The notes under the pieces: model-generated
What the model saw: the letters and a program-made list of their open reading frames with translations, nothing else
Database searches by the model: none
What the model was told of the DNA's origin: nothing
NCBI GenBank assembly: GCA_964530145.1
Contig: CAZGXY010000080.1
Span: 70,822-134,821, forward strand
Direction: 5' to 3'
DNA: 64,000 nt
Source: an uncultured Acidobacteriaceae bacterium
GTDB lineage: Bacteria > Acidobacteriota > Terriglobia > Terriglobales > Acidobacteriaceae
Shown: positions 9,256 through 18,336 of the stretch, one piece after another
How the letters are laid out: each line of letters begins with the position of its first letter
Position numbering within the stretch: position 1 is the stretch's first letter
Made by a program: the position numbers and the translations under genes

Positions 9256-9543
9256 CTAGGCCGGAGCGTATCGTTTAATCGCGAGACCCCGCGCATGTTT
9301 CCGCGCCTTCGCCACATCGTAGGCAAGCTGCATCCGGAGAAGATGGTCCATCTCCGGTCCGAATGCCTTTTCTATGCGCAGGGCCATCTCCGGCGTCAAC
9401 CCTGCCTTGCCGTGGAGAAGGTCGGAAAGCGTAGCCCGGCGCACTTGCATGATCTCGGCCGCCTTGGACACAGTCAGGCCTAGCGCTTCGATCACTTCCG
9501 TTCTTATCAGGTCGCCGGGATGCGGCGGATTCTTCATGGGCAT
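9256..9543 (-). CDS. higA: HigA-type antitoxin (XRE-family HTH)
   Basis: 95 aa. MPMKNPPHPGDLIRTEVIEALGLTVSKAAEIMQVRRATLSDLLHGKAGLTPEMALRIEKAFG is the typical HigA antidote HTH. It lies 10 nt downstream of the toxin gene (toxin-first order, as in higBA). Confidence 0.88.
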   Translation of the reverse strand: MPMKNPPHPGDLIRTEVIEALGLTVSKAAEIMQVRRATLSDLLHGKAGLTPEMALRIEKAFGPEMDHLLRMQLAYDVAKARKHARGLAIKRYAPA

Positions 9544-9553
9544 TTGCGGCCTC

Positions 9554-9844
9554 TCAGTGATAGTCGATCAGGTCAATATCGTTGGCGGTATTTGTCTGCT
9601 CGTCGTGCGAGAAAATCAGCCGCCAGTTTCCGGTGACAGTCAGGCTCCAAAATCCTTGCAGGTCGCCCTTAAGAGAGTGCAGCTTCCATCCGGGAAACCG
9701 GCGCAACTGCTCAAGGCTCTCAGCCGTTTCGAGGGCGAATAGAATTTTGCGCAGCTTGTCGGCCATCGCTGGCTGGATTCCCTTGGCGCTTCCGTCCTGG
9801 TAAAGCTGCCTCAGTCCTTTGTGGCGAAAGCGGACAAGTTGCAT
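9554..9844 (-). CDS. higB: HigB-type toxin (RelE/ParE superfamily, plasmid-maintenance killer protein)
   Basis: Start set at ATG 9844 (the ORF extends to 9898). The sequence MQLVRFRHKGLRQLYQDGSAKGI...WSLTVTGNWRLIF is the HigB killer-protein pattern. Confidence 0.85.
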   Translation of the reverse strand: MQLVRFRHKGLRQLYQDGSAKGIQPAMADKLRKILFALETAESLEQLRRFPGWKLHSLKGDLQGFWSLTVTGNWRLIFSHDEQTNTANDIDLIDYH

Positions 9845-9939
9845 GTTGCCCCACTTTTCACGGTTTCTTATTATGTACGGTAACACCGTACATGTCAAGG
9901 GGATGCCTGAGAGCGGTTGACCAGCTCAAAGAGATGGAA

Positions 9940-10054
9940 CCGTGGAATCCCACCCTTGCCACTTTAGGGCGTGCGGGTAACGAGCAGCTTTTTGGCGGCA
10001 AGGAGGGGGCACCCGGCTCGTTCACTGGCTTGAAGTGGCGCCGCTCGGGATGAT
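9940..10054 (+). repeat. structured repeat copy B (9940-10016) fused to a family-1 REP-like unit (10020-10054)
   Basis: Begins with the right copy of the 16-bp direct repeat CCGTGGAATCCCACCC. Hairpin arms are CCCACCCTTGCC / GGCAAGGAGGGGG. It is followed by GTTCACTGGCTTGAAG...CCGCTCGGGATGAT, which matches 8903-8940. Confidence 0.6.
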
Positions 10055-10184
10055 CGTGGGTTGGTGGCGCTCTCGAAGTTTCGCAACGCAACTCTCGCAA
10101 GAGTGGATCGTGGCCCCCGGGCAATATTCGTTCTTATGTTCCGACTGGGGATGCCTGCGCTTACTTGCCGGCCGGCTGCTGAAC

Positions 10185-10931
10185 ATGGTATGCAGATGGC
10201 GGGAGAAAGTATGCGACGTTTTAGCCGTCTTGGTTTTCGCGCTTCTCGGCACCCTCTCGGCAGCAGGGCAGACATGCCCCGATCGGAAGGCAAAGGTGGC
10301 CTGTCAATCATTTCACGAACTCCTGTCGAGCAAGGACGAGAATTTGCTGATGAGAAGCCGAAGCGATTCTGCGCTCGCTTGTTTTCGCGAGAGCGACGAT
10401 CAGTTCTTCACCGTCACGTGGGACTGGCCGGGCGTCCAACGATGGGAGATCAAAATGCGCACTCCTACCGGAGAACCGGAGGATGTCCTATTGGTATCAG
10501 TCGATCGAGACCTGCGGGAGGGGTATACCGAGGTTGATCAAGATGCGTACCAGTTTGGAACTGTAATGATAGAGTCTTACAAAAACGGTATCTATGAAGG
10601 GGGCGAATCCTTCTCCGGTCTGTGGCAAACAAGCGTGAATGAAGGTAAGGCTGAGCCGTGGAGCATTATGACATCCGAGCATGACAAACTCGGAGCAGCA
10701 GATCGGGATCGTCGACGCTCAATAAGGGTCGATAGAGTAGGAATCGCGGCGAGTTCCGCCTTTGCAAATGCCAAGAACGGCACGACCCAGCATACGATAA
10801 CAATTCAACTGTCTACAGGGCGTTTTTCCGAGGAGTTTGAGGCAGGGGAAAGTAAAAACGTATACTCGGGGCGGTGCGCGTCATTTAAGTCCCTGCCGAA
10901 AAGGCCGAGCCCTCGGGCTAAACCCAAGTAA
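10185..10931 (+). CDS. hypothetical secreted protein
   Basis: Start set at ATG 10185, giving signal peptide MVCRWREKVCDVLAVLVFALLGTLSAAGQ. The rest has no motif I recognise. The upstream part of the 298-aa ORF runs through the repeat elements and is probably not coding. Confidence 0.5.
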   Translation: MVCRWREKVCDVLAVLVFALLGTLSAAGQTCPDRKAKVACQSFHELLSSKDENLLMRSRSDSALACFRESDDQFFTVTWDWPGVQRWEIKMRTPTGEPEDVLLVSVDRDLREGYTEVDQDAYQFGTVMIESYKNGIYEGGESFSGLWQTSVNEGKAEPWSIMTSEHDKLGAADRDRRRSIRVDRVGIAASSAFANAKNGTTQHTITIQLSTGRFSEEFEAGESKNVYSGRCASFKSLPKRPSPRAKPK

Positions 10932-11093
10932 ACCGTCGGGTGCCGTCAGCTCGCCGCCTACGGTGTCTACGCCGCAAACGAGAGCTAGCCGAGCGTTGCT
11001 CGGCATGGACGGTAAGAGTTCCCCTCCCCACACGGTCCAAATCCGACACCATCCAATTCCCGCAACTTCCATCGCTCCAATAGCATCTAAACC

Positions 11094-11122
11094 TTGACAA
11101 CACTCCACTCACATCCTATCAT
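11094..11122 (+). promoter_or_regulatory. near-consensus sigma70-type promoter upstream of dnaK
   Basis: TTGACA (11094-11099), 17-nt spacer, TATCAT (11117-11122), about 120 nt upstream of the dnaK ATG. Confidence 0.45.
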
Positions 11123-11243
11123 GCGGGTGGAAGAAATCATAAGCACACTGATTTCAAAGCACTTATTTGATGCAACGGGGCCGCCTGGCGGCTCTCTAAG
11201 ACATCAGCGATAAGGATTTCAGAAGGTTTAGAGGAGAAACGAT

Positions 11244-13184
11244 ATGGCCAAGATTATTGGAATTGACCTTGGAACCACTAATTCCTGCGTGGCGGTGATG
11301 GAGGGCGGCGAACCCAAAGTTATCCCCAATGAAGAAGGAGGGCGCACCACGCCTTCCGTGGTTGGTTTTACCAAGACTGGAGAAAGACTGGTGGGGCAGG
11401 TGGCAAAGCGGCAGGCCATCACCAATCCCGAGAACACGGTTTTCTCGATCAAGCGATTCATGGGACGCCGCTATGACGAGGTTCAGGAAGAAATCAAGAT
11501 GGTCCCATACAAGGTCGTGAAGTCGGGCGACCACGTTGCCGTGCTGGCGCAGGGTAAGGAGTACACGCCTCCGCAGATTTCGGCGCTGATTTTGCAGAAG
11601 CTGAAAAAGGCGGCGGAAGACTATCTCGGCGAGAAGGTGACCGAAGCGGTCATCACCGTGCCTGCGTATTTTAATGACGCGCAGCGGCAGGCGACCAAGG
11701 ATGCCGGGCAGATTGCCGGCCTCGAAGTAAAGAGAATCATCAATGAGCCTACGGCGGCCGCGCTGGCGTACGGGCTCGACAAAGGCAAGGACGAGACGAT
11801 CGCCGTTTACGATTTTGGCGGCGGCACCTTCGATATTTCGATTCTGGAAGTCGGCGAAGGCGTGATTGAAGTCAAGGCCACCAACGGCGACACGCACCTG
11901 GGCGGCGACAATCTCGACCAGCGCATCGTCGACTGGTTGATCGACGAGTTCAAGAAGGATGAAGGACTCGATTTAAGAGGCAAAGGGAATGAAATGGCTT
12001 TGCAACGTCTGCGTGACGCGGCTGAGCGGGCGAAGATCGAGCTTTCGACCACGATGGAAACCGAAATCAATCTGCCGTTCATCACGGCGGATGCGAGCGG
12101 TCCGAAGCATCTTGTGAAGAAGCTCACGCGGGCGAAGCTGGAAGGGATGGTGGAAGACATCATCCAGAAGTCAGTGGGACCGTGCAAGCAGTGCATGAAA
12201 GATGCCGGCATCGATTCTTCGAAGATCAACGAAGTGGTGCTGGTCGGCGGGCAAACTCGTATGCCGCGCATTCAGGCGCTGGTGAAGGAGCTGTTCGGCA
12301 AGGAAGGGCACAAGGGAGTGAATCCTGATGAAGTCGTGGCAGTGGGCGCGGCGATTCAGGGCGGCGTGCTCGGCGGCGAAGTGAAAGACCTGCTGCTGCT
12401 GGACGTGACTCCGCTATCACTCTCGATTGAAACTTTGGGCGGCGTGGCTACTCCGATGATTCCGCGGAACACGACGATTCCGACGAAGAAGACGGAAACG
12501 TTCTCGACCGCGGCCGACAATCAGACTTCGGTTGAGGTGCACGTCCTGCAGGGCGAGCGTCCGATGGCGGCGCAGAACCGTACTCTGGGCAAGTTCCACT
12601 TGACTGGAATTCCGACGGCTCCGCGCGGAGTGCCGCAGATCGAAGTCACGTTCGACATTGATGCCAATGGCATTTTGAACGTGACCGCGAAAGATACGGC
12701 CACGGGCAAGGACCAGAAGATTACGATCACATCGTCTTCGGGATTGTCGAAGGAAGAAGTCGAGCGCATGGCCAAGGAAGCCGACGCGCACGCAGCCGAA
12801 GACAAGTCGCAACGCGAGGCGATCGAAGCCAAGAACCAGCTCGACAGTATGGTCTACAACACGGAAAAAATGCTGCGCGAGAACGGAGACAAGATCTCCG
12901 GTTCAGAGCGTGGCGAGGTAGAGAACGCCGTGGCCGATGCCAAGAAAGCGTTGGAGTCGAACGACAAGACGCAGATGGATCGCGCTCGCGAGGCGCTGAC
13001 CCAAGCTTCGCACAAGCTGGCCGAAGAGATGTACAAGGCGGCGCAGGCGAAGAGTGGTCCAACGCCGGGTACCGGCCCGAGCGAAGGTGCTGGCGCGGCG
13101 CCGGGCGCAGGCGGCGGTCAGAAGAAAGACGAAGGCGTAATCGACGCCGAGTACGTGGACGTGGAAGACAAGAAAGTCAGCTAA
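11244..13184 (+). CDS. dnaK: molecular chaperone DnaK (Hsp70)
   Basis: 646 aa with [28 protein letters not shown] and a C-terminal EEVD-like acidic tail. GAGGAGA SD. Confidence 0.99.
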   Translation: MAKIIGIDLGTTNSCVAVMEGGEPKVIPNEEGGRTTPSVVGFTKTGERLVGQVAKRQAITNPENTVFSIKRFMGRRYDEVQEEIKMVPYKVVKSGDHVAVLAQGKEYTPPQISALILQKLKKAAEDYLGEKVTEAVITVPAYFNDAQRQATKDAGQIAGLEVKRIINEPTAAALAYGLDKGKDETIAVYDFGGGTFDISILEVGEGVIEVKATNGDTHLGGDNLDQRIVDWLIDEFKKDEGLDLRGKGNEMALQRLRDAAERAKIELSTTMETEINLPFITADASGPKHLVKKLTRAKLEGMVEDIIQKSVGPCKQCMKDAGIDSSKINEVVLVGGQTRMPRIQALVKELFGKEGHKGVNPDEVVAVGAAIQGGVLGGEVKDLLLLDVTPLSLSIETLGGVATPMIPRNTTIPTKKTETFSTAADNQTSVEVHVLQGERPMAAQNRTLGKFHLTGIPTAPRGVPQIEVTFDIDANGILNVTAKDTATGKDQKITITSSSGLSKEEVERMAKEADAHAAEDKSQREAIEAKNQLDSMVYNTEKMLRENGDKISGSERGEVENAVADAKKALESNDKTQMDRAREALTQASHKLAEEMYKAAQAKSGPTPGTGPSEGAGAAPGAGGGQKKDEGVIDAEYVDVEDKKVS

Positions 13185-13220
13185 GCTGCCAGGTCTTGGC
13201 TTCCAGCTCACATCGTGTGG

Positions 13221-13240
13221 CGCGGGCACTTCTGCCCGCG
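13221..13240 (+). terminator. GC-rich hairpin just after dnaK (possible attenuator or partial terminator)
   Basis: CGCGGGCA-CTTC-TGCCCGCG (8-bp stem, 4-nt loop), 37 nt after the dnaK stop. The downstream U-tract is poor (GTCATCACATTT). Confidence 0.3.
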
Positions 13241-13285
13241 TCATCACATTTAAGGACCAAACGGTCAGATCGGGGGGGTGACAAG

Positions 13286-13462
13286 ATGGATTTTCAGGTT
13301 AACGATCAAACTTATTTCTTGAACATCGGCGACAATGACGACAGCGGATGGGAAGTCATGGTTTCGACTCCGAACGGCCCGCGCCAGATTCACGTCTACC
13401 GGGACACGCGGAACGCGCGGCATCTGGTCATGTTAGAAGAAGATGGCAGGCTGCCGAACTGA
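13286..13462 (+). CDS. small hypothetical protein (58 aa) between dnaK and dnaJ
   Basis: ATG 13286 is preceded by GGGGGGTGA. Hand-counted third-position G+C is about 69%, which is coding-like. Sequence: MDFQVNDQTYFLNIGDNDDSGWEVMVSTPNGPRQIHVYRDTRNARHLVMLEEDGRLPN. No recognisable family. Confidence 0.55.
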   Translation: MDFQVNDQTYFLNIGDNDDSGWEVMVSTPNGPRQIHVYRDTRNARHLVMLEEDGRLPN

Positions 13463-13614
13463 TGCACTTTATCCGGCGGCGCGTGCGGGAATCGCAAGCC
13501 GTGGCGCTTTTTCCGGCTTCGGCAGGACGCGTGCCACAGTTCGTACTGCGATTGTATGGCAGTCCATAGCTCGGGGCTAGCGACTCCTTGGTAGGATAAC
13601 GAGCATCGCTATAA

Positions 13615-14883
13615 ATGGCTACGACACCGAAAAAAGATTATTACGAAATTTTAGGCGTAAAGAAATCGGCCTCGGCGGAGGATATTCGCAAGGCGTTCCG
13701 CAAGCTCGCCCGCAAGTATCATCCTGATGTAAACCCCGGAGACAAATCCGCCGAAGAGAAGTTCAAAGCGCTCTCCGAGGCCAACGAAGTTCTCAGCGAT
13801 CCCAAGAAGCGGAAGATTTACGATCAGGTCGGCTACTATTCCGACAACATCGATCCCGCAGCCGCCGAGGCTTACGCCCGCGGCGGAGCCACCGGCGCCG
13901 GAGGCTTCGGAGGCTACCCCGGCGGCGGCTTTCAAGGCGGCCCGCAGCAAGCGGGCGGCGAAGGCGCTCACTTCGATTTCGGCGGCTTCGATTTTTCCGA
14001 CCTGATGGATAACGCCAACCGCTCCGGCCGCAGCGGCGGGGGAAACGCAGGCGGAAGCTTCCGCGATATTTTCTCCGGCATGTTCGGCGGCGGTCGCGGC
14101 GCAACCGCTCCGGCTGAGACCGGACCGTTGCCCGGTAGCGACCTCGAATATCAAGTCAACGTGCCCTTCTGGACGGCAATTCGCGGCGGGGTTCTGCGAC
14201 TGAACATTACGCGACAGGATGTCTGCGGAAACTGCCACGGGCTGGGATATATCGAATCTCCCGGAAAATGCACGGAATGCAACGGCACCGGGCAGGTCAC
14301 GCAGACCGGCGGCCGCGGCCCCGCGAAAATGAAATTCAACGTGCCGTGCCCAAGCTGCCAAGGAACTGGCAAGAATATCTCCACCTGTCCCGTCTGCCAC
14401 GGCGAAGGCACAGTCAGCCGCACCGAGCCGATCGAGGTTCGCATCAAGGCCGGAACTCGCGACGGCCAGCGCATTCGGCTCGCCGGAAAAGGCAATGCCG
14501 GCGAGCGCGGTGGACCGGCGGGCGATCTTTACGTAATCATCCGCATCGACCCTCATCCGCTCTTCCGGCGCGAGGGCGACGACATCTATTTGACGGTTCC
14601 AGTGACGGCGCCCGAAGCGGCGCTCGGATCGAAGATTGAAGTCCCGACCATCGATGGCCGCGCGCTTCTAAAAATCCCTCCCGGAACCCAGCCCGGGCAA
14701 AAACTTCGCCTGCGCGAAAAGGGCGTACCTTCGGCGACGAAAGAAGGCGCACGCGGCGATGAGATCGTCGAAATCACGGTGAACGTTCCCATGCCGCGCG
14801 ACGAGCGTACCAAAGAGCTGCTGCGGGAGCTGGCTAAGTTAAACCCTGAAGACCCGCGAGCGGAATTATGGGCCAAGGTTTAA
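13615..14883 (+). CDS. dnaJ: molecular chaperone DnaJ (type I Hsp40)
   Basis: J-domain with HPD (KYHPDVNPG), a G/F-rich linker, and four CxxCxGxG zinc motifs ([32 protein letters not shown]). Confidence 0.98.
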   Translation: MATTPKKDYYEILGVKKSASAEDIRKAFRKLARKYHPDVNPGDKSAEEKFKALSEANEVLSDPKKRKIYDQVGYYSDNIDPAAAEAYARGGATGAGGFGGYPGGGFQGGPQQAGGEGAHFDFGGFDFSDLMDNANRSGRSGGGNAGGSFRDIFSGMFGGGRGATAPAETGPLPGSDLEYQVNVPFWTAIRGGVLRLNITRQDVCGNCHGLGYIESPGKCTECNGTGQVTQTGGRGPAKMKFNVPCPSCQGTGKNISTCPVCHGEGTVSRTEPIEVRIKAGTRDGQRIRLAGKGNAGERGGPAGDLYVIIRIDPHPLFRREGDDIYLTVPVTAPEAALGSKIEVPTIDGRALLKIPPGTQPGQKLRLREKGVPSATKEGARGDEIVEITVNVPMPRDERTKELLRELAKLNPEDPRAELWAKV

Positions 14884-14952
14884 TCCAGCATTGAGCTTGC
14901 GCCCCTCTGTGCCGAGCCTCCAGGTGAGTTCCACGAAGCCTTAAAGCGAAAG

Positions 14953-15420
14953 TCACTTCTTCGCGCTAGGATCATCCGCCGCATTGATGTAGTTAAACTT
15001 CACCGGCGATTGCCCATGAATCTGAATAACGGTTTCGCCGGATGCTCCGGCATAGTGATGCATGCTGGGATCGAGATATACGAAGCTGCCCGGCGCGAGG
15101 CTCTTCATTTTGCCGTCGTCGTAACTGTCGCCCATCCCAACTTTCAGCGTGCCGGAAATCACGCTAACGTTTTCGCGGAGCGGATGCGTGTGCGGAGCGA
15201 TGCGGTAGCCATCGGGCATTTTCAGACGGATGGTATAGTCCCCGCTCGTGGCGATGGGATTTCCCTCAAGCACGGCAAGTTGCGCTCCCGCCTGGATAAA
15301 TGGCGGTGCCGGGCCCCACTTGATTTGATCGGGAGTAAAAAGGTTTTGCGCGCGGCAGGGCTGCGGAAGTAAAGCAATCAGGGCAAGGGCGAACAGAATT
15401 GCAAGAAACGGTGTCTTCAT
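14953..15420 (-). CDS. secreted cupin-domain protein
   Basis: Start set at ATG 15420 (GGAGGC SD), giving signal peptide MKTPFLAILFALALIALLPQPCRA. Cupin His motif APHTHPLRE and later PSMHHYA. Confidence 0.75.
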   Translation of the reverse strand: MKTPFLAILFALALIALLPQPCRAQNLFTPDQIKWGPAPPFIQAGAQLAVLEGNPIATSGDYTIRLKMPDGYRIAPHTHPLRENVSVISGTLKVGMGDSYDDGKMKSLAPGSFVYLDPSMHHYAGASGETVIQIHGQSPVKFNYINAADDPSAKK

Positions 15421-15532
15421 CGGAGCCTCCAAGGTTCGGCGGCATAATAAGCTGTGCGCTAGCATAACGGCAAGAGAAAACGCCTCATATCCGCCGCCAT
15501 ATCGCGGACCCTCCAGGAAGCTGGTTCGCACA

Positions 15533-15553
15533 TTAGTTGACTGAGTCAACTAA
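15533..15553. promoter_or_regulatory. perfect 9-3-9 palindrome, candidate MarR operator
   Basis: TTAGTTGAC-TGA-GTCAACTAA lies in the divergent region between the cupin (-) and the MarR-GNAT gene (+). It overlaps the annotated TTG start and contains TTGACT. Confidence 0.5.
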
Positions 15554-16517
15554 ATTATGGCATCCTGCTGTTGTGCCTAGCGCGATCAGTTCCCCCGACC
15601 CCGATCATGCCGTGGCGGCGGTCCGCGCCTTCAACCGCTTTTACACCCGCCAAATCGGAGCGCTCAACGAGCACCTGCTCGAAAGCAGATTCTCGTTGAC
15701 GGAAATGCGCGTGCTCTATGAATTGGCTCATCGCGACGGAACCACTGCCGGCGAACTCTGCAAAGATCTCGGTCTCGATCCGGGCTATCTAAGCCGGATG
15801 ATCCAGCGTTTCGAGAAAGAAAAACTGATCGCCAGAGTGAAATCCGAAGCCGACGCCCGGCAGAGCATGCTCTCGCTGACGGCGCGCGGCCGCAAGACAT
15901 TCGCCCCCTTTGAGGCGCGATCGGGCAAGCAAGTAGCGGAGATCCTGCACGAACTCGGCTGGGGAGAACAAAATCGTCTGCTCGAAGCCATGAGCACGAT
16001 TGAAAGTCTTCTGGGAGCGGAGGCGAAAGCAGACTCGCGTCACATTCTCCGTTCACATCGTCCGGGAGACATGGGGTGGGTCGTGCACCGCCACGGAGTG
16101 CTCTATTCCAAAGAATACGGCTACGACGAGCGCTTCGAAGCCCTGGTAGCCGAAATCGTTGCCGAATTCATCCAGCACCTCGATCCGAAACACGACGCGT
16201 GCTGGATCGCGGAAAACGACCGCGAGATCGTAGGGTCAATCTTCCTGGTCAAAAAGTCGAAGACTGTTGCCAAGTTGCGGCTGCTGCTAGTCGAACCGTC
16301 AGCCCGCGGGCTGGGCATCGGCAAAGCGTTGATCGCTGAATGTGTCAACTTTGCGCGCCAAGCCGGTTACAAGAAAATCGTCCTCTGGACGCAGAGCGAA
16401 CTCCAGGCTGCCCGCCACCTCTACAAGCAAGCCGGATTCAAGCTCGCGGGAGACAAGCGGCATGATAGCTGGGGACGCGAGGGGCTCGTCGCGGAAACCT
16501 GGGAGCTGAAACTCTGA
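15537..16517 (+). CDS. bifunctional MarR-family HTH regulator / GNAT N-acetyltransferase
   Basis: The N-terminal half has the MarR pattern (FNRFYTRQIGALNE...LTEMRVLYELAH...GELCKDLGLDPGYLSRMIQRFEKEKLI). The C-terminal half has the GNAT acetyl-CoA site (LLLVEPSARGLGIGKALIAECVNFARQAGYKKIVLWT). The start is uncertain: TTG 15537 lies inside the palindrome, and GTG 15573 and GTG 15612 are in-frame alternatives. Confidence 0.85.
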   Translation: MTESTKLWHPAVVPSAISSPDPDHAVAAVRAFNRFYTRQIGALNEHLLESRFSLTEMRVLYELAHRDGTTAGELCKDLGLDPGYLSRMIQRFEKEKLIARVKSEADARQSMLSLTARGRKTFAPFEARSGKQVAEILHELGWGEQNRLLEAMSTIESLLGAEAKADSRHILRSHRPGDMGWVVHRHGVLYSKEYGYDERFEALVAEIVAEFIQHLDPKHDACWIAENDREIVGSIFLVKKSKTVAKLRLLLVEPSARGLGIGKALIAECVNFARQAGYKKIVLWTQSELQAARHLYKQAGFKLAGDKRHDSWGREGLVAETWELKL

Positions 16518-16756
16518 CCCAGCGCACCCCGAAGCCCATTACTACAGTCCCTGACCTCCTCGGCGAAAAATTTGCCGTAGCATCACATTTTTCTTGCATC
16601 CTGCGCAATTTCCCGTAATCTCACACTTGCGAACTAACTCCGGCGGAATTTCCGGAATCTAAACAAACCGGAAAGCTCGAGCACGCTTTTCGAGAGAAAA
16701 ACCAGCCCGCTGCGGAGTAGCTGAGAGTGAGTCGCTTGAGGAGGAAGACATAGAAA

Positions 16757-18157
16757 TTGGCAACCGCTAGCGCCCTTCAACGAGAGAACCCCCAACCCCT
16801 CGCCGCCGTACCCAACCGGAAAAAATTCGTCAGGTTAACCCTGTGGCCTCTAGTCGCCGCCACTTTCTTTATGGTGTCAGGCGGAACCTACGGCACCGAA
16901 GACATCGTTCACGGAGCCGGCTACGGACGCGCCATTCTGATTCTGCTGCTCACCCCGCTCCTCTGGAGCCTGCCGACGGCCTTCATGATCGGTGAGCTTT
17001 CGAGCGCGCTGCCCTTCGAGGGCGGCTACTACGCATGGGTGCGCCGCTCCATGGGCAACTTCTGGGGATTTCAGGAAGCATGGCTCTCGCTGGTGGCGTC
17101 GATCTTCGATATGGCGATTTACCCAACCCTGTTTGTTGCGTATCTGACGCGCATGTTCCCGTGGTTTCAGGAGAACAATCGGGGATGGTGGGTTGCTCTC
17201 GCCGTGGTGATCGCCTGCGCGCTGCTGAATATTGCCGGAGTAAAAGTGGTTTCGATGACGTCGCTGTGGCTGTTCTTCGCCCTCTCGGCGCCATTCGCCG
17301 CGATTGTGATTCTCGCGCCTTTCAAGATAGGAGCGCTGGCCAACGCAGTAACCAAGCCGACAACTTCCACCGTCGATATTCTAGGCGGACTGCTGATCTG
17401 CATGTGGAACTACATGGGCTGGGACAACGCCTCCACCATTGCCACCGAAGTGGAACGTCCGCAGCGTACCTATCCGCGGGCGATGCTGGTCGCCGTTTGC
17501 ATCGTAGCCGTGAGCTACGTCCTGCCCTTCGCAGCCATGTGGATGACGGGCCTCAAAGCGACTGCCTGGGAAACCGGCTCCTGGGCCGATATCGCCGGAT
17601 TGCTCGGTGGACCACTACTGCGCGTAGGAGTGGTGCTGGGTGGAATCATCAGCGCCTTCGGCATGTTCAACGCCCTGGTCATGAGCTACTCGCGCCTGCC
17701 CCTGGCGATGGCGCAAGACGGCATGCTGCCTGGTATCTTCGGTAAACTGCACAAGAAATCCCGGGCGCCCTGGGTGGCAATCGTCGCATTGGCCATTGGA
17801 TGGGCCATGTGCTTGGGCCTCGGCTTCGCCCGTCTGGTCACACTTGACATTCTTCTCTATGGCGCGAGCCTGCTTCTTGAATTCGTGGCTCTCGCCGTCC
17901 TGCGCTTCCGCGAACCAGATCTACCACGCCCCTTCCGCGTTCCGGGAGGTCTGTTCGGCGCCATCGCCATCGGCATCCCTCCCATGCTGCTGCTCGGCTT
18001 CTCGGTGATTCGCAGCGAGCACGAGTCGTTGCTGGGCATGAGTTCATTCGAGTTCGGCATGATCCTGATCGCCGCCGGATTTGTCGCTTACGCCGTCAAT
18101 CACCTGCTCAAGCCGTCGGGATGGGTGCGAGAAGAAAAACCTCAGCCCGCAGCCTGA
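16757..18157 (+). CDS. APC-superfamily amino acid/polyamine permease
   Basis: 466 aa with about 12 hydrophobic segments. The N-terminal motif SGGTYGTEDIV is typical of APC permeases. TTG start with GAGGAGGAAG SD. Confidence 0.88.
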   Translation: MATASALQRENPQPLAAVPNRKKFVRLTLWPLVAATFFMVSGGTYGTEDIVHGAGYGRAILILLLTPLLWSLPTAFMIGELSSALPFEGGYYAWVRRSMGNFWGFQEAWLSLVASIFDMAIYPTLFVAYLTRMFPWFQENNRGWWVALAVVIACALLNIAGVKVVSMTSLWLFFALSAPFAAIVILAPFKIGALANAVTKPTTSTVDILGGLLICMWNYMGWDNASTIATEVERPQRTYPRAMLVAVCIVAVSYVLPFAAMWMTGLKATAWETGSWADIAGLLGGPLLRVGVVLGGIISAFGMFNALVMSYSRLPLAMAQDGMLPGIFGKLHKKSRAPWVAIVALAIGWAMCLGLGFARLVTLDILLYGASLLLEFVALAVLRFREPDLPRPFRVPGGLFGAIAIGIPPMLLLGFSVIRSEHESLLGMSSFEFGMILIAAGFVAYAVNHLLKPSGWVREEKPQPAA

Positions 18158-18336
18158 TCTTTCCAGACTTAAGCCCCGGGAGTAACTGTCCCGTGTTTCG
18201 CTTTCCTGCGGTCGTATCGGGGTGAAGAAAAGCTGAAGCGAGCTTCGGCAATCATAAGGATGCCACCTAAGCGCAAATCAGAAACCGACCGGCGTCGCGA
18301 CAGAAACCAGAGTCGCAGAGCATAGCTACAGTCGCG

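Noticed and set aside
10185-10931. Claim of clearly low G+C (horizontal transfer) for the orphan secreted protein
   Set aside because: Hand counts of two lines (45% and 52%) against one dnaK line (55%) are too few and too close to support a compositional-island call. This is kept only as a weak hint.
11123-11243. Search for a CIRCE (TTAGCACTC-N9-GAGTGCTAA) or other heat-shock operator in the dnaK leader
   Set aside because: The nearest candidate, ATAAGCAC-N11-AGCACTTAT, is not an inverted repeat beyond 5 bp. No CIRCE was seen.
11196-11897. 233-aa ORF antisense to dnaK ([33 protein letters not shown]...)
   Set aside because: This is the well-known long antisense frame of hsp70 genes, which some databases annotate as an NAD-specific glutamate dehydrogenase. 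It lies entirely within the unambiguous dnaK coding region. It has an R/L/G-rich composition typical of the reverse frame of a GC-rich gene.
13651-14556. 301-aa ORF antisense to dnaJ
   Set aside because: It lies wholly inside dnaJ. The translation is A/G-rich low complexity mirroring the G/F linker. It is a high-GC antisense artefact.
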